Position numbers and translations under genes: made by a program. 64,000 nt of DNA from Octopus sinensis. Lineage: Eukaryota. Shown here piece after piece: positions 47,993 to 62,065 of this stretch. The stretch's first letter is position 1. Every line of letters begins with the position of its first letter. Under the pieces are notes generated by a model that was not told the DNA's origin, searched no databases, and saw only the letters and a list, made by a program, of their open reading frames with translations. The stretch lies in NCBI RefSeq assembly GCF_006345805.1, contig NC_043019.1, forward strand, positions 12,895,360 to 12,959,359, written 5' to 3'.

Positions 47993-48418
47993 TGTAATTC
48001 TGCAACATCACACGTTAATTACTCTCCAAGTCAACAGGTCCTAATTAATAAAATACATCAGCTGTTTTGGATTTTCCCAGATATTTATTTATTTTTCTAA
48101 AAATCAAATCTCAATTACTAATTAACTAGCGGGATCCGTGGTTATTCCATATTTTTTTAACTATACATGTATTTTATAGATCTTCATAAGGTTGATTAAT
48201 TATGCTAAAACATTTTCGATTATGCCTTCGAATTCGTTCCATAATTAAAAGGCCTAAAAAACACTCGAACATATTACCATAACAAAGCAGAATTATATTA
48301 TTATTTGACGATGATGATGATGATGCTAAAATAAAAATATGTACATGAAAAATGTAAACAATATTTCATGACGAAGTTACAGCTATCTATATTATCTAGC
48401 TCCATATTATTATATATA

Positions 48419-48451
<33 letters not shown>

Positions 48452-48459
48452 ATATATAA

Positions 48460-48509
48460 TATATATAGATAGATAGATATATAGATAGATAGATAGATAG
48501 ATAGATAGA

Positions 48510-48546
<37 letters not shown>

Positions 48547-48571
48547 TAGATAGATAGATAGATAGAGAGAT

Positions 48572-48602
<31 letters not shown>

Positions 48603-48647
48603 TAGATAGAAAGATAGATAGATAGACAGACAGACAGATAGATAGAT

Positions 48648-48690
<43 letters not shown>

Positions 48691-48735
48691 GCTAGATAGA
48701 CAGACAGATAGATAGATAGACAGACAGGCAGATAT

Positions 48736-48776
<41 letters not shown>

Positions 48777-48835
48777 CAGACAGATAGATAGATAGATATA
48801 GATAGATAGATAGATGCCATCATCTATCTGCTTGT
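48460..48835. repeat. (GATA)n/(GACA)n satellite
   Basis: Direct inspection. Confidence 0.92.
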
Positions 48836-48852
48836 CTCTCTCTTTGTGTTAT

Positions 48853-48913
<61 letters not shown>

Positions 48914-49677
48914 TATATATATATATGTATGTATGTATATATATGGAAATATATATGTTTATTTATTTATATAAATAGCAGTATGAAAAGAAATTAATGA
49001 GATATCGCTACTAGTATTTCAATATTTTGTGGGGGTGTATAGGCACAAAATAGCGTTTAGTCACATGAATCAACGCAATGTATTTCTGGTTCTTATTTTA
49101 TCGATTTGTAGCTCCGTTCCCTGATCGAGCAGGTTTAAGATCAAAGGCGTTCCAATCATGACCACTGTTTTTGTTTGTTTCTTAGTTAGTTTTTGCTTTT
49201 TTTTCTTTCTAATTTCATGAACAACATTGTCCAATATATCCTTCGTTATTTTTTAAGGCGGTAGGTGGGACATGATACATGATTCGAGAGCGGTTTGGCT
49301 GCTATTTCTAGTAGAACGAGCAACAGCGGTGACGCTCCTTTCTTTTATCGACCACATACAAATTGCTGAAGTGTAGTATAACCCCACCCCGCGTCGGGTG
49401 GGCAGAATATCTGCCGATTAATCAATTAATTGATGTATATCTACTGGGAGATGTTAAGTAATTCGTTTAAAACCTGTAAACTTCCGTTATTTCAATATAA
49501 TGGAATAACAGCAAATAAAACGTGTCTTTTTAAAAATAAATTTAGCATTAAAGCATTCGATCTAATAAAAATGGTAATTATAATAACAGCAACATATTAT
49601 TAATATTATCATTATTATTATTATTATTATGTATTATATCATCATCTCATAACTGCATATATAAGTGTGTGTGTGCA

Positions 49678-49722
<45 letters not shown>

Positions 49723-49824
49723 TATCACTGTGACCGACCAGGCTATCAGATGTTGCTACACATCGCTGGTCACAATGCGCTTTAAAATGACGCCACACCC
49801 GCTGGCTAAGCGAGCAGGCCATTT

Positions 49825-49872
<48 letters not shown>

Positions 49873-49966
49873 TGATTTATATTCCAGAGCGCCATACTAA
49901 TACAATTGTTTGTTTGTATTCCACCTGCCTTCGTCTTTGTTATTTTCATAAAGCTTCCCGTTATTA

Positions 49967-50001
<35 letters not shown>

Positions 50002-50137
50002 CAAATAAATTAAATATACATTTATTCACATACACACAAACATATACATACATACATATATATATATACATACGTGTATGAATATATATATATATGCAAA
50101 TAAATAAATAAACATTTATTCACATATACACAAACAT

Positions 50138-50180
<43 letters not shown>

Positions 50181-50186
50181 CGTGTA

Positions 50187-50221
<35 letters not shown>

Positions 50222-50264
50222 TACACGTATGTATATATATATATATATATATATACCACGTGTA

Positions 50265-50320
<56 letters not shown>

Positions 50321-50331
50321 GTGTATGAATA

Positions 50332-50391
<60 letters not shown>

Positions 50392-50481
50392 CGTGTATGA
50401 ATATATATATCTATATATATATATATATATACGTGTATGAATATTATATATATATATATTATACATATATACATACGTGTA

Positions 50482-50525
<44 letters not shown>

Positions 50526-51502
50526 TTACACGATGTATATACATGTATGTACACACACACACGCGCGCACACACATATATATTTTAAAAGGCAAACCTTA
50601 AAATGCCACGCACTCGTCATATTATAATGAGATGGTTGGAACCAACCTGGGAAGGTTTTTAAGTCAAATATAATAATAAACGAAAAAGGCAATATAATAT
50701 ATATATATATATACCTATAATATATCAGTGGTCCGTCTGAAGGCTCTGATGAGAAGAGGTAGCCCCAGCTGGGCACTTTAGGAGTCGGCTTTATAAACGA
50801 TTCTCTTGTTTTACAGCTTCGATCGACCGAAAAACAACCTGTATGTTTTGATCAAATAAATAATTAGGCTGAAGGAATTTATCCACAGCAGACAAAACTA
50901 CAACTCCGCACTGAATAGCTAATACATTATTTCATTCATTAGACTTATAATTAATTTCAGATGTAATTTTTTTCAGATTTATAAATTAAAATATATGCAG
51001 TAATTAACGTTTCGTTTTTGGTATAAGCTATTCGTTGTATTTTAGTGATAAGGAAAATTAGCAGAAACAAAAAATAATTTGTTTATAAACATAATTTGTT
51101 TTTTTTCCGTTGTAGTCCCGCATTTGTCGTTATACAATACCATTCACAATATATTTATAGTAACGTAATAATTAATCAGCTGTAATATTTAATAATATTA
51201 TGTAATTTATTCAAACAATATCCAGAATGTTTAATATCAGTATGCAAAATAATTTATCGAAATAATAATTGCCTTGATAATTTTAAAAAATGTATTTTTT
51301 AAAAAATTAATCCTCGAAATCCAAGCAAAATGTTTACAAAATTCCATCGTTTAACAAGGACCGGGTCACGTTGACAAAAGTTCTTGTTTAACACCAAGTA
51401 GGCCTTAATTGAGTAGGTTTACGATCAAAGGACTTCTAGCCGTTACATTTCCGTGTTTTCTTTATAAACACGATACCAAGGGGTTCACCGTCGTAAAAAA
51501 AA

Positions 51503-51703
51503 GGCGTAACTTCGGTATAGGTACCGGAAGTACGGGATACATTTCAAGAAAGTGTTTATTTTTATATATATGGAGGGAGTAAGGTTAGGGTTGGGGGGAG
51601 AGTAAGGTTGGGTTGGGGGGGGAGAGAAAAGGGTTTCTGTTATCTTCAGAAATGTAAACAAAGCTACTTCCGGTACTTACGGTACCTATACCGAAGGATC
51701 GCT
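51503..51703. mobile_element. GGCG-terminal MITE (GGCGA family), TSD not preserved
   Basis: TIR ggcg..cttcggtataggtacc; body as at 11318. Confidence 0.8.
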
Positions 51704-51832
51704 CCCCCCCAAAAAATATGATGAGTAACTAATCAAAATTTCATAGAATACGTTTGATATTGGATAGGTGGATTTCCTACGCTTGTCTCGGCAACTTCTA
51801 TACTTATAAATTTATCGACTATTCACTCATTT

Positions 51833-52034
51833 GGCGATCCTTCGGTATAGGTACCGTAAGTACCGGAAGTGGCTTTGTTTACATTTCTGAAGATAACAGA
51901 AACACTTTTGTCCCACACCTAACCCTGACCCTAACACAAACCGTAACCCTAACCCCCCCCCCATATATATATATATAAATAACACTTTCAAAAAATGTAT
52001 CCGGTACTTCCGGTACCTATACCGAAGTTACGCC
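51833..52034. mobile_element. GGCGA-family MITE, inverted relative to 51503, 8-bp TSD actcattt
   Basis: Identical flanks at 51825-51832 and 52035-52042. Confidence 0.9.
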
Positions 52035-52372
52035 ACTCATTTTTCTGAATAACAGGCCAAACAGAGATTACCCTAAATCTTTATAGTAATGTGGCCCGCC
52101 AAATGATAAGCAATGCCTCATGCGGCCCGTTTCTCCACACTTCGTTTATGTCATATATATTATTTACATCAAAATTAGGGAGGTCACTGAGGTCACTTCC
52201 GGTATCTATCGCAATTTACATTCTTTTTTTAGACTATGCTTCTACTTTTACACGACGATAACCCAGCAAACACAATGTCATAAAATGTGTCATGCTTTAA
52301 AAGGGCGTGGTATGATTTCACAGACATTTGGCGACTATTTCTAGCGGATTGTGCGCCTATGTACAGGCACTG

Positions 52373-52706
52373 GGATCTTTTCGGTTTGAACGGCAGTTTT
52401 TTCTAGCGGGGTCATATGAAATTGTCACCCATAATTATGACCCTAGTATCGATCTATTGCATTTCAATCTATTTTAGGATTAGGGTTAGTTAGGGTGGGG
52501 GAGGGTATCTTTTTTTCTTCAATCTGTTTCTTAAACGAGGGACATATTCATACGGCACAGAAAGTTTTCACCTCAATAGACGTCATTGATTGGTTGAAAT
52601 TGCAGAAATTGACGAAAACAACAAATATCTTAGAAACTATAGAATTTTCTCAATAAAGCTAAGAGAAAAAGATGTTTTATAAGCACATTCTACCAGTATA
52701 CGAAGT
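52373..52706. mobile_element. GGATC MITE lacking its right end
   Basis: Colinear with 62806-63150. Confidence 0.8.
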
Positions 52707-53078
52707 TATAAAAGAATTGCTGAAATTATTTTTGTGGTGTAAAAGCATAAAACCAATTTATTGTACATTAGTTTTAACGACAAAATCTTACATGGATCCC
52801 AGTTGAGAACCACAGATCTACAGTTTATAAAATTTCATTTTTGTTTTAAGATGGTACTCTTACTCTCTCTCTCTTTTACTTGTTTCAGTCATTTGACTGC
52901 GGCCATGCTGGAGCACCGCCTTTAATCGAGCAACTCGACCCCGGGACTTATTCTTTTTGTAAGCCCAGTACTTATTCTATCGGTCTCTTTTGCTGAACCG
53001 CTAGGTAACGGGGGACATAAGCACAACAGCATTGTCAAGCAATGCTAGGGGACAAACACAGACACACAAACACACACA

Positions 53079-53162
<84 letters not shown>

Positions 53163-53165
53163 TAG

Positions 53166-53253
<88 letters not shown>

Positions 53254-53754
53254 CGACGGGCTTCTTTGGTAGGTTGTTATTTCATGAGAAAGTTTGGTAA
53301 CTATTTCTAGCATATCAAACGACAACGTAAGTAAAAGGATCATACATTGGCGCATGCAGTTATTACTTGTGACATCATGTACACAACGCTGAGCATGTAA
53401 CAAAATGCGAACAGCCGACATTTAGATGTCCTGGTTTTACATTCGGCGCTCATAAGCGCTCATAAAAGTTCATTGAATGAATATTCATCGTTTGACCTGC
53501 ATTCGACCGTGACCACCACGGGTTGTTTTCTGTTGTATTACATCCAGATATTCATCAATTTTCAAGATGGTTCGGTGAAATTTTATGAAGATGCGGGTTT
53601 TCTTTTTTCGCATTGTATGCTTCTTCAAGGTTTGTTTCTTCATAACTTAAAGAAAAATGGATTTTTTATGTGAAATTTTTCCACAGGTCATTATTGCATG
53701 CCCGTCGCTAATGAGTTGCACTAGACGGCGCTTCCACATAACTATTCAATGGTG

Positions 53755-54120
53755 AGGAGGCGCAATGGCCCAGTGGTTAGGGCAGCGGACTCGCGGGTTC
53801 GTTTCCCAGACCGGGCATTGTGAGTGTTTATTGAGCGAAAACACCTAAAGCTTCACAAGGCTCCTGCAGGGGGTGGTGGTGAACCCTGCTGTATTCTTTC
53901 ACCACAACTTTCTCTCACTCTTTCTTCCTGTTTCTGTTGTACCTGTATTCCAAAGGGCCAGCTTTGTCACTCTCTGTGTCACGCTGAATCTCCTCGAGAA
54001 CTACGTTAAGGGTACACGTGTCTGTGGAATGCTCAGCCACTTGCACGTTAATTCCACCAGCAAGCTGTTCCGTTGATCGTAACAGCTGGGACCCTCATCG
54101 TCGTAACCGACGGAGTGCTC
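53755..54120 (+). mobile_element. SINE family C, full length
   Basis: ggaggcgcaatggcccagtggttagg head; body matches 32546-32890. Confidence 0.85.
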
Positions 54121-54696
54121 CATTTTTCAATGGTGAACCTTCGGATTCACAGGGACACACTTATTTCGAAACTCCACTTTAGCATTGCTAATAGAAACGA
54201 AACATATCTGGAGTTGTCTGATACAGTACTGCACCAAAGATCAGATTAATTTTCTACCTCGTTTCTTTTATTTTTTTTTTCTTGCCGTTTAGTAAAGAAA
54301 GGAAGGTCATTGGGAAATTTTTTTCTTCTGCTTTTTGCAAGGTCTCCAGGATTAAGCAGAAGAAGATGGGAAATCATCCAGTTCAAACCAAGAAACCTGT
54401 ACCAAATGCTTGCAACAGAGTGAATTCTGATAAATGCACAAAAGGTGGTAGGTGCTGGAATTCAACCTGGTTTATTTTTAGCTTTTACTTGTTTCAGTTA
54501 CTGGACTGCCTGCGTGTGGCCATGCTGGAGCGTGCCTTGATTGGTTGTTAGTCGAACCAATCGACCTCCAGAATCTTTTTTTGTTTAAGCCTGGTACTTA
54601 CTCTATCGATCTCTCTTCTGAGCTGCTAAGTTACAGGGACATAAACGTCGATTGTCAAGCAGTAGTAAAGAACGAAGACACACACACACACACATA

Positions 54697-54736
<40 letters not shown>

Positions 54737-54860
54737 TGCATGCAAACATACATACATACATACATACATATAAGAGAACAAAATGTACGTACGCCGCGCC
54801 ATGATAGATCGTTAGCTCCTACACGCATTTTTTTCTCTCCTTGTTTTTCTTTTCTGTGTA

Positions 54861-54898
54861 TCTTTCTGTCGAAGAGCGTAGGCTCGAAACGTAAAAGA
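54861..54898 (+). ncRNA. Putative minimal type I hammerhead ribozyme (Penelope-type), core CUGUCGA
   Basis: Helix I UCUUU/AAAGA; helix II GAGC-GUAG-GCUC; GAAA; palindromic ACGU helix III; GUA cleavage triplet. Confidence 0.6.
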
Positions 54899-55358
54899 CT
54901 TTTTCTATTTCTATTCCTGAGCGCTATACTAATACATTTGTTTGTTTGTTTGTATTCCACCTGCCTTCGTCTTTTGTTTATTTTCGTAAACTTTCCCGTC
55001 ATTATATATATATATATATACAAAATGGGACAAGAACGCAAAACATACAAATAGACGATACAGAAAACACGGACGGGTCATTCGAAGCCTCTAATCTTCA
55101 GTCAAGAACTGGATCATCCTCGCAATTTCGGCAGATTAATCTTGAGATTGCTCATACATACATACATACATACATACATACATACATACATACATACATA
55201 CATACATACACACATACATACATACATAAATACATACATACACACACACATACATACATTCGTACACACATACATACATACATACATACATACGTACGTA
55301 CGTACATACATAGTGGTTGTCTACTCCTTACACGGAGGATTCTGATCACCTCTTGTAC

Positions 55359-55850
55359 TTACAACTTAGATCCATCATGACATCTGATGTAGTTTTTTAA
55401 ACAAGACAATCCATTGAAATGACACCCACATTGATTGCCTATCTGATCTGGACCACCAAGAGCTGCAGTTAAGTTCTGATCCTTGTGGATCTTAAAATGT
55501 CTTTTGAGGTTTCCGTTAGATTTGCAGACCTTCTGGCATACACGGCACTGAAAGGTGTGCACAGATATATAGGCAGAGTAGTTGGAGGAGGTTCGTTTTT
55601 CATGGGTTCACAAATAAGATTTGAGCTCAGCAAAAGAAAGGAATGGTCTGTCGCAAACTGTGCACACAAAAATGTCACTGAGATTCATCTCGATCGCAAC
55701 ATTTAAAAAATCTCTTTTGAGTCTTGCATGTATCATCCTGGCCTCCTCAAAAGCTTTCACAACTTTTGTTCGCCATCCAGTTCGATCCGAAGCAAGGGTT
55801 TCTATGACCTTTGGATCCATTCCAAGTGACTTCATGGTGTACATACATAT
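55359..55850 (-). mobile_element. LINE (RTE-like) ORF C-terminus carrying C2H2 zinc fingers
   Basis: MKSLGMDPKVIETLASDRTGWRTKV (RTE-like post-RT signature), then CTVCDRPFLSFAELKSYL and CRVCQKVCKSNGNLKRHFKIH. Confidence 0.65.
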
Positions 55851-56531
55851 GATGGGCTTTTTCAGTTTCTAGTTACCAAATCCACTCACAAGGTTTTATT
55901 CAGTCCGGGGCTGTAGTAAAAGTCACTTGTCTAGAATGCTACGCAGTAGGACTGAACCAAAGACCACATGATTGGTGGGTGCAAGCTTGTTAACCACACA
56001 GCTACGCCCGTACCTATATGGTTACAGATTAAGTTTATAACCTCAAGAAGTAGGAACGTGACGAGCCTCCCAAACAAATATCGTGAGGCATTTTGTCCAA
56101 TACACTTAACAATTCCACCGATAAAATATAGTATCCAGAACTGGTATTTAATTTAATATATCGACCTTCCTGAAAGAATGAAGGGCAAAGTTGACCTCGA
56201 TAGAATTTTAACATAGAGCACGACCAACCAGAATAAGTACAACAAATAATTTCATTCTACAGTACCTCTAAAGTACTCATGGGCAAACTAAATGGGATGC
56301 CTAACGAAAAATTATCTTGAATTTTTTTTTTTTGTGGTCCGCCTGATGATCAGCCATGTCGTATCTTTTTTAATTTCTTGCAATCACTTGAATTTTTCTT
56401 TCAAACTTTCACCAGATTATTTTCTAAAATGTATTTATGGGAATTTTCTGTTTGGCTTTTACTTTTCAATTTCTTGAATTTTGTTCCAGTTGATTTTCAA
56501 ATTTGGTATATTGATGTAGTTTTGTATGCTA

Positions 56532-56589
<58 letters not shown>

Positions 56590-57667
56590 TTGTGTGTCTG
56601 TGTTTGTCCCTCCCCCCAAACATCGCTTGACAACCGATGCTGGTGTGTTTACGTCCCCGTAACGTAGCGGTTCGGCAAAAGAGACCGATAGAATAAGTAC
56701 TAGGCTTACAAAAGAATAAGTCCTGGGGGTCGATTTGCTCGACTGAAGGCGGTGCTCCAGCATGGCCACAGTCAAATGACTGAAACAAGTAAAAGAGTAA
56801 AAGAGTACATAGTGATGAGAACCCCCCTCCCCACCTACTAATTATCGGCGAGCTGACAAAATCGTTAGCACGCCGGACAAAATGTTTGACGGCATTTAGT
56901 CCGTCTTTACGTTCTGATTTCAAATTCCGCGGAGATCAACTTTCATCTTTTGTTTGGGTCGATGTAAAAGGTACCAGTCATTCACTGAGGTCAATGTAAT
57001 CGACAATCCTACTCCCTTAAGATTTTAGGACTTGTGTCTATAGGAGAAAGGATTAATTACATATTTCATAATAAAATAAGTAGGGGAGTTAACCCCAGAG
57101 TTTAGACTAGTTAGACAAAATTAGGTTTCAAGTTACTTCCCTTTATCTTTACAAAATTTTTTCTCTTTTTTTAAAAAGACATCCAAATGATAATTTTCTT
57201 TACTAATTGCTTCCATGCTTTTATTTGATCGAAGTTTTACAAGTTTTACGCTATTATTCAGTTTGAATTATTTCCGACTAGAAGTTGTATCTCTACGAAA
57301 CAATTTGATCTGCAAAAAACAGTAACCGAATTCCGTCAAATTGCACATTGGACAATATATAATAATGAAATTATTGTATACAGTGCTCAGGTGCACTACA
57401 ACTTGTCAGAAAGTGCATATAAAGTACATGCAGTAATGTTATGTCGTGATGGCGGAATCTAGAAGTCTGTTGCTTTTACCAGTTGGCTTTAAAGACCCGT
57501 TCACATTGCTTATAGTGTATTGTTCCTAGTTTCGATCGACTAGGCTAATTGAAGTTACCTCTCTTACTTATTGTTTTAGATTTGAAGCGCTCCCAAGCGG
57601 AAATTTTCGCTTATTAATTGTTTGGATAATTTCAGTTGATCATACTTTTTATAGACACACTGTATTA

Positions 57668-58066
57668 TCTCTCTATATAAAGCTGAAGTTGTCTGTCTGT
57701 GTATGGCAGGTTTGGTAGCCTTCAACTAACACTATCTCCTCCGAAACCCTGTGGCGCAAGTTGACCAAAATTGAGAGTATGATAGAAGAAGGCTTGCTCT
57801 TCATTCCGTAGAAGAAAAAAATTCAAATCAAGCCATGTTAACACCAAAAATTATTTACATCAAAAAGGTGCTTTTTTTTCTATGAAAATCCCTTTTTTTT
57901 TACGATTTTTCTACTGCTGTGTCGCCATTTTTCGGTGTATTTCAACCAGAAAAATGTTCACTTAAAGAGAATAACAAGCTACATAATGCAAAAATTTTAC
58001 TTTTCAAATATTCCAATTCTAAAGGGTCAAAAAATAAACCCGAGCAACGCCGGGCGATACTGCTAA
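57668..58066 (+). mobile_element. Non-autonomous Helitron with a distinct body
   Basis: A|TCTCTCTATATAAAG start, shared cccgagcaacgccgggcgatactg end, CTAA|T. Confidence 0.82.
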
Positions 58067-60299
58067 TATATGTAAAATTTTACTATTTCAATAGTCGGCG
58101 TGCGGCCATGCTGGGGCACAGCCTTGAAATGTTTATTCGAACAAACCGATACCAGTTCTTTCTATATTTTAAAGTCTATTGGTTTCTTATTGCCGAACCG
58201 CTAGTTACTGGAGCGCAAACAAACCAATGCCGGTTGTCCGGTGGTGGTGAAAGACATACACAAACAAAAAGCCATACATACATACAAATACGACGGCTTC
58301 CACACTTTTTTCCGTCTACCAAATTCACTCACAAAGCACTGGTCGGCCCCGGGCTATAGTAGAAGATACTTGCCCATGATGTCACGCAGTAAGATTGAAC
58401 CGGAAGACACGTGGCTGCAATGCGAGTTCCTTAACAACAGCCACACTCTCATCCAAAAATTGAAAGCGAATTAAAATGCAAATGATAAAGTAAGGCTTTG
58501 TGTGAAGGATTTAGCTTCAAGACATAATTCCAAGAACGCAAAATGCGATGATCTAAGAGGAGAATACTTTGATACAGCTGCTATCAAATTATTTTTTTAC
58601 TGGTAATAGTCATTGGATTGCGGCCATGCTGGGGCACCAGTTTCAACGGGTTAGTTGATCATATCAATCCTACAACAATGTCAGTTTGGTACTTGAATTA
58701 TTATTTTTTTAGTTTTTGTTATGCAGTTCGGAGTTTAAATTCTTAAAACAGTAAGTGGAGATAACTCCACTAAGATCAGTTGATTGAAATTTAGGGGCAT
58801 TATAAACGATGGACATTTAAGTGGTTCTTTAAATACAAATAAGTGGTTCTTTAAATACACACACAAATATATGTATATTAATATCATAAGATATATATAT
58901 ATATATATATACATACGAACAAAACGCCTCCCATCCAATGAACGGTGGTGAGTTGTCAAACATTTAAACCAGTTTTTTTCAAAACAACTTGTCCGACCGT
59001 CCCATAGGCCTCCCCTTTGAGAAACACTGATTTAACCTAAATTTGAGACACCGGCAAAAGAAGAAATAAAGATAGACATTTTTTCTATTCCAAAGAAAAA
59101 CCATTTCCCTCGGCTTTATCGATCGCATTCTCACCTGGAAAGAAACGATTTTTGTAATTTTTTCAAGACTTATACATGCTCTGATACCGTCGGCATCTAC
59201 ATATCAACTTTGAGTGCAATCGGATGGAGGATGCCCGAGATTCTAGAAGCCACACACACACACACAGAACGGATTTTATATAAGAGATTTTCCATTCTTC
59301 CCAAGCAATGAAACTCGTACACCTGTTCCTTCACCTGTTTTTCTCTTTTGTTTTCTGTAAATTTGAACTAAATATGTGTGCGTGTGTGTGTGTGTGTACG
59401 ACAGATTTATTTCGGTTTTTGTCTATCATATCCCCTCACAGGAAATGGTCAGCCTAGGGCTATAACTAAAAGACACCTGCTCAAGGTATCATACAGTGGA
59501 GCTGAACGTGGAACGATGCAGCTACGATTATGAATGAATTTAGAAAAAAAAAAAAAAATTATGGCCCCCTTCGGCAGATCTCGAACTTCGGACCTCGCAA
59601 TACGTTGGTCTCATACCTTATCCACTCAGCCATCTAAGTTGTACATTTAACAGCTTTTGCAGGCTAAGCAGAAAGCAAGCTATGAGCTGTCTAACACTTA
59701 ATTTCGTGTTGTTAGGTGGGTGGACATTCCATGACTCAACCATTGAAGTTAAGTTTTGCGAACGCCGACACACGTAAGCAAGAAGTAAAGGAAATGAAAA
59801 CTTTGCAAGTCTGTCAAGGCCATTAACATAATTAAACAGTAAACTAATTAGTATAACAATTAGTGTGATTGAAGTGCGATCTGCCATCGTTAACTACAAA
59901 TATTATTTTACTGCTTTAACCAAATCTCTCTCTCTCTCTCTCTGTCCGTCTGTCTGTCTGCCTGCCTGCTTGCCTGTCTATCTGTCTGTCTCTCTCTCTC
60001 TCCCTCTCTCTCTATATATATATGCATACATACATACATACATACATACATACATACATACATACATACTACCTTCCTACATACATACATACATACATAT
60101 TTATTCACACACACATATATATATATTTCTTTACTGCCCACAAGGGGCTAAACATAGAGGGGACAAACAAGGACAGACAAAGGGATTAAGTCGATTACAT
60201 CGACCCAGTACGTAACTGGTACTTTATTTATCGACCCCGAAAGGAAGAAAGGCAAAGTCACACACACTTATATACCTTCATCCTACCTACTTACCTACT

Positions 60300-60925
60300 T
60301 ACATTCATATATACATATGCAAATACACACCTATATGTGTATATATGCATGCATGTATACATACATTCATACATACACACATACAAACAAACATACATAC
60401 ATACATACATACATACATACATACATACGTACATGCATACATACATACACACATACATACATACATGCATACACACATACACACATACATACATACATAC
60501 ATACACACATACATACATACACACATACATACACACATACATACATACACACATACACACCATACATACATACACACATACATACATAACATACATACAC
60601 ACATACATACATACCACATACACACATACATAACATACATACACACATACATACACAATACATACACACATACATACAACACATACATACATAACATACA
60701 TACACACACACACACATACATACATACCATACATACATACATACCTACATACATACATACATACACATACATACACATACATACCTACATACATACATAC
60801 ACACCATACATACATACACACATACACACACATACATACATACATACATACATACATACACACATACATACATACATACATAATACATACATACATATAT
60901 ACATACATATATACATACATACATA
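60300..60925. repeat. (CATA)n/(CA)n compound microsatellite
   Basis: Direct inspection. Confidence 0.92.
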
Positions 60926-60986
60926 ATTTAAACAAAAACGTAGAATTCGATTATTGTTTAACTGTTTAGTAGAGCATGGCACCTTA

Positions 60987-61024
<38 letters not shown>

Positions 61025-62065
61025 GGCGCATGGCTTAGTGGTTAGAGTATGCGGCTTACTGTGATAAGGTCGTGAGTTCAATTCCCAACGGCGCATTGTG
61101 TCCTTGAGCAAGACACTTTCTTTCTCGTTGCTCCAAGTCCGCACACCTGGCAAAAATGAGTAGCACTTGTATTTCAAATGGGCCAGCCTTGTCACACTCT
61201 GTGTCATGCTGAATCTCCCCAAGAACTACGTTAACGGTACATGTGTCTGTGGAGTGCTCAGCCACTTGCACGTTACTTTCACGAGCAGGCTGTTCCGTTG
61301 ATCGGACCAACTGGAAACCTCGTCGATTTGAAACCAGGTCACAGAAAACTGTGTGGAATTACTGGGAACCTGGCTTCTTCTATTCTACAGCACCCGTTTC
61401 AACTCACTGATAGCAGCCGATAAATCAATATGAGATATACGTTGGATGATTAGTTAGAAAAGGTAGTCAACGTTAATATTGCGCGGTTCGTTGCAGCGAG
61501 TTTGCACCATGCTCTAGAATTGGGCCTCTAAACAGGACGAGTTTAGCCTGTGTTACAAGCCTTGGTTTCAATTTCCAGTTGAAGACAATTCTCAGCTTTA
61601 ATTATGCAATCCAATGCCTGAAATATATATACTCTTTTACTCTTTTACTTGTTTCAGTCATTTGACTGCGGCCATGCTGGAGCACCGCCTTTAGTCGAGC
61701 AAATCGACCCCGGGACTTATTCTTTGTAAGCCCAGTACTTATTCTATCGGTCTCTTTTGCCGAACCGCTAAGTAACGGGGACGTAGACACACCAGCATCG
61801 GTTGTCAAGCAATGCTAGAGGGACAAACACAGACACACAAACACACACACATATATATATATTTACATATATGCGACAGGCTTCTTTCAGTTTCCGTCTA
61901 CCAAATCCACTCACAAGGCATTGGTCGGCCCGGGGCTATAGCAGAAGACACTTGCCCAAGATGCCACGCAGTGGGACTGAACCCGGAACCATGTGGTTGT
62001 TTTTTTTGCGTAATGAGATAAAAAAACCATGGCCGTATAGATATTAGAGCATTTATAGATAGAAT

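Noticed and set aside
50745-50800. CTGATGAG motif
   Set aside because: No downstream stem plus GAAA, and no terminal stem for a C/D snoRNA
54340-54450. Possible plus-strand exon (MGNHPVQTKKP...)
   Set aside because: Weak splice sites, no recognisable homology and no partner exons
55075-55112. CUGAAGA on the minus strand in a Penelope-like repeat
   Set aside because: Helix II is not formable and GAAA is replaced by GAAU
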